Shown here: positions 62,601-64,000 of the stretch, in pieces
Position numbering within the stretch: the first letter of the stretch is position 1
Layout of the letters: each line of letters starts with the position of its first letter
Origin: Hormiphora californensis
Taxonomy: Eukaryota; Animalia; Ctenophora
DNA length: 64,000 nucleotides
Assembly (NCBI GenBank): GCA_020137815.1
Contig: CM035350.1
Location: 10,230,001-10,294,000 of the forward strand
Direction: 5' to 3'
The notes under the pieces: generated by a model
What the model was told of the DNA's origin: nothing
Databases searched by the model: none
Seen by the model: the letters and a program-made list of their open reading frames with translations, nothing else
Program-made: the position numbers and the translations under genes

Positions 62601-63728
62601 TGCTAAACCCTAGATTACCTTAAAGTGCATGCACCCAAAGTTGTTGTAGTACAGTGTTGGTATGGGCATCACGTGACACACAATACCATATATGGGCATC
62701 ACGTGACAACTAAACCCACCTTAAAGTGCATGCACCCAAAGTTGTTGTAGTACAGTGTTGGTATGTGTTCCTTGCTTGGACAGGTCTTAGGAGAGGAGTT
62801 CAGTAGCTTTGCAGCTCTTCTTGAAGTTGCTTCCGCAGATACTCGAACTCAGACTTCAGGAAGAGAGATGAGGCAGGTCTGAGGGAGGAGAGGGCGGATT
62901 ATTTAGATTACTAAATATCTGATAATGTAGGATACATGAAGGACACACTCGGAGGTGGGGGAGGCACACACTCACCGTCCCAGAAACAGTCAGAACATTC
63001 TTTATTTCCCTTTTGCAGAGGGGAGGGAGGGGGTGGAGGGGTGGGGGTTTGGGGGCACACACTCACCGTCCCAGAAACAGTCAGAACATTCTTTATTTCC
63101 CTTTTGTAGAGGGGGGGGGGGGGGAGGGGGTGGAGGGGGTGGTGGTTTGGGGGGAGTCACACTTACCGTCCCAGAAACAGTCAGAACATTCTTTATTTCC
63201 CTTTTGCAGGCCTTCAGACACTTCTGTTGCGCATACAACCTAGTTTTGTATTGGTGCATGCGGGCCTTGTGCATCTCGCTCAATAGAGGTTCCTTGGCCC
63301 CAGAGAACTGCTTGTCTAGATAGTAGAGAACCATTGCAGCGTCGTCAGTGTGGTAGGTGCACAGGTAACACTCCACCAACAGGAAACATATCTTGTAGGC
63401 TGTTGGGGGGGGGGGGCAATACAATGCTAGGTTTTGGAATGTATATTTGAGAGTTGTTGTGTAACTAGTAGTCACTATCTACTCACCAAGTACTTCCTCC
63501 AGGGGCTCGATCAGTTTAAAAAGCTTCTTCAGTATCTCCAGAGCCTTGTCAAAGTGTTTCGATTGGTATAGGACCAGGGCCGTGTTATACAGTAGAACAG
63601 ATCTCTCCACCTCATCACAAGACTCATCCTCACCTTCCTTCTTCATCTAGAGAGAGGGAGAGAGAGAGAGAATAACAACCATATCGCTTTAACTAGGAAA
63701 ATATCATCCAGCCAAAACGGGAACTAAG

Positions 63729-63785
<57 letters not shown>

Positions 63786-63886
63786 ATTACCTTTCCCTCG
63801 ATCGTGTAGAGGTGATCCAGGAGCCACTCCAGATCATATTCACTATCCTTTACCAGGTACTGGCATAGAACCATATTCTGCTGGAT
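59678..63886 (-). CDS. CNOT10: CCR4-NOT subunit 10 (partial); exons incl. 63886-63791, 63646-63487, 63399-63167, ~62879-62720, 62433-62352, 62162-62085, 62009-61781, 60489-60394, 60262-59972
   Basis: LLYNTALVLYQ, KICFLLVECYL, HQYKTRLY, KACKREIK, FLKSEFEYLR, YYNNFGCMHF, LLYNYGILLLHTG, AAFNCL...NPRLWLRIAECAI, GSGTYRKTIL, YAVLCLNNALDLL. The 5' end is outside the window and the 3' end is garbled. Confidence 0.93.
60808..61653 (+). CDS. Divergent single-exon 7TM receptor (rhodopsin-like), nested antisense in a CNOT10 intron
   Basis: 281 aa; N-terminal NDT sequon; seven hydrophobic segments; SLDFL (D2.50-like), LAVVRL (DRY-like), TNSMI (NPxxY-like) and a basic helix-8-like tail. Confidence 0.8.
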   Translation: MNDTLVTSLRPGVIALLCTSPPLSLLAMITLVMRQSISCNKIYIYMVSLDFLSILSGCLYLAHNHAFNFTSMVDYYSMLTLFLGLAVVRLRLFQGPVGLISEVLVITGSLLTGVSVAIFHTHQGMEDDMITTLVQAWVFLVAMAVTTVLNAILVIRLCAFISEHGATEHRAAHIVSIILFINYIIFHLFPVAVEIRRILGLQGEGRCAGIEAGSWWYKVFCTSEGRHSFMILSMLSLSVTNSMILLLQSQSRHALRRFYHSLRSRVREFWASESSYQYRQI

Positions 63887-64000
63887 CTAAGGGGGGGGGG
63901 GGGGGGTCAGCACTGGAAATAACATGCCCGGGGGGGGGGGGGGGGGGGGTCAGCACTGGAAATAACATGAACTAAAGTTTGCCTGCCACCGCGGGCTCGA

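Overview
Intron-rich animal genomic DNA from a compact-genome draft assembly. It is probably a ctenophore such as Pleurobrachia; this is an inference from short introns, gene density and a short interspersed repeat I recall from P. bachei, and is not verified. The first ~17 kb is dominated by transposons: L2/CR1-type and RTE-X-type LINE 3' ends, a 5'-truncated Penelope-like element with a 13-bp TSD and a hammerhead-like motif, a separate 240-bp hammerhead/inverted-repeat mini-element, several MITEs and minisatellites. The rest is densely genic. On the minus strand lie AP2S1, NMT, a calmodulin-like EF-hand gene and CNOT10. On the plus strand lie a small acidic protein, the tightly packed run CYB561-NTPCR-HSD17B8-like-TSPO-LRRC72-CEP76, a membrane-anchored ATP-grasp (ATPgrasp_ST-like) ORF with no introns in its readable part, a dual-specificity phosphatase, and a divergent 7TM receptor nested antisense in a CNOT10 intron. 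The most notable patterns are: (i) the bacterial-type ATP-grasp ORF; (ii) operon-like gene spacing with an AG acceptor immediately before almost every ATG, a possible SL trans-splicing/polycistron signature; (iii) intronic minisatellites and short duplications built from splice signals; (iv) a hammerhead mini-element whose inverted repeat begins at the predicted cleavage site; (v) an RFX X-box minisatellite. Parts of ~41.7-43.6 kb, 47.2-47.6 kb and 50.6-59.9 kb are low-quality, homopolymer-rich sequence, so frameshifts there are probably assembly errors.
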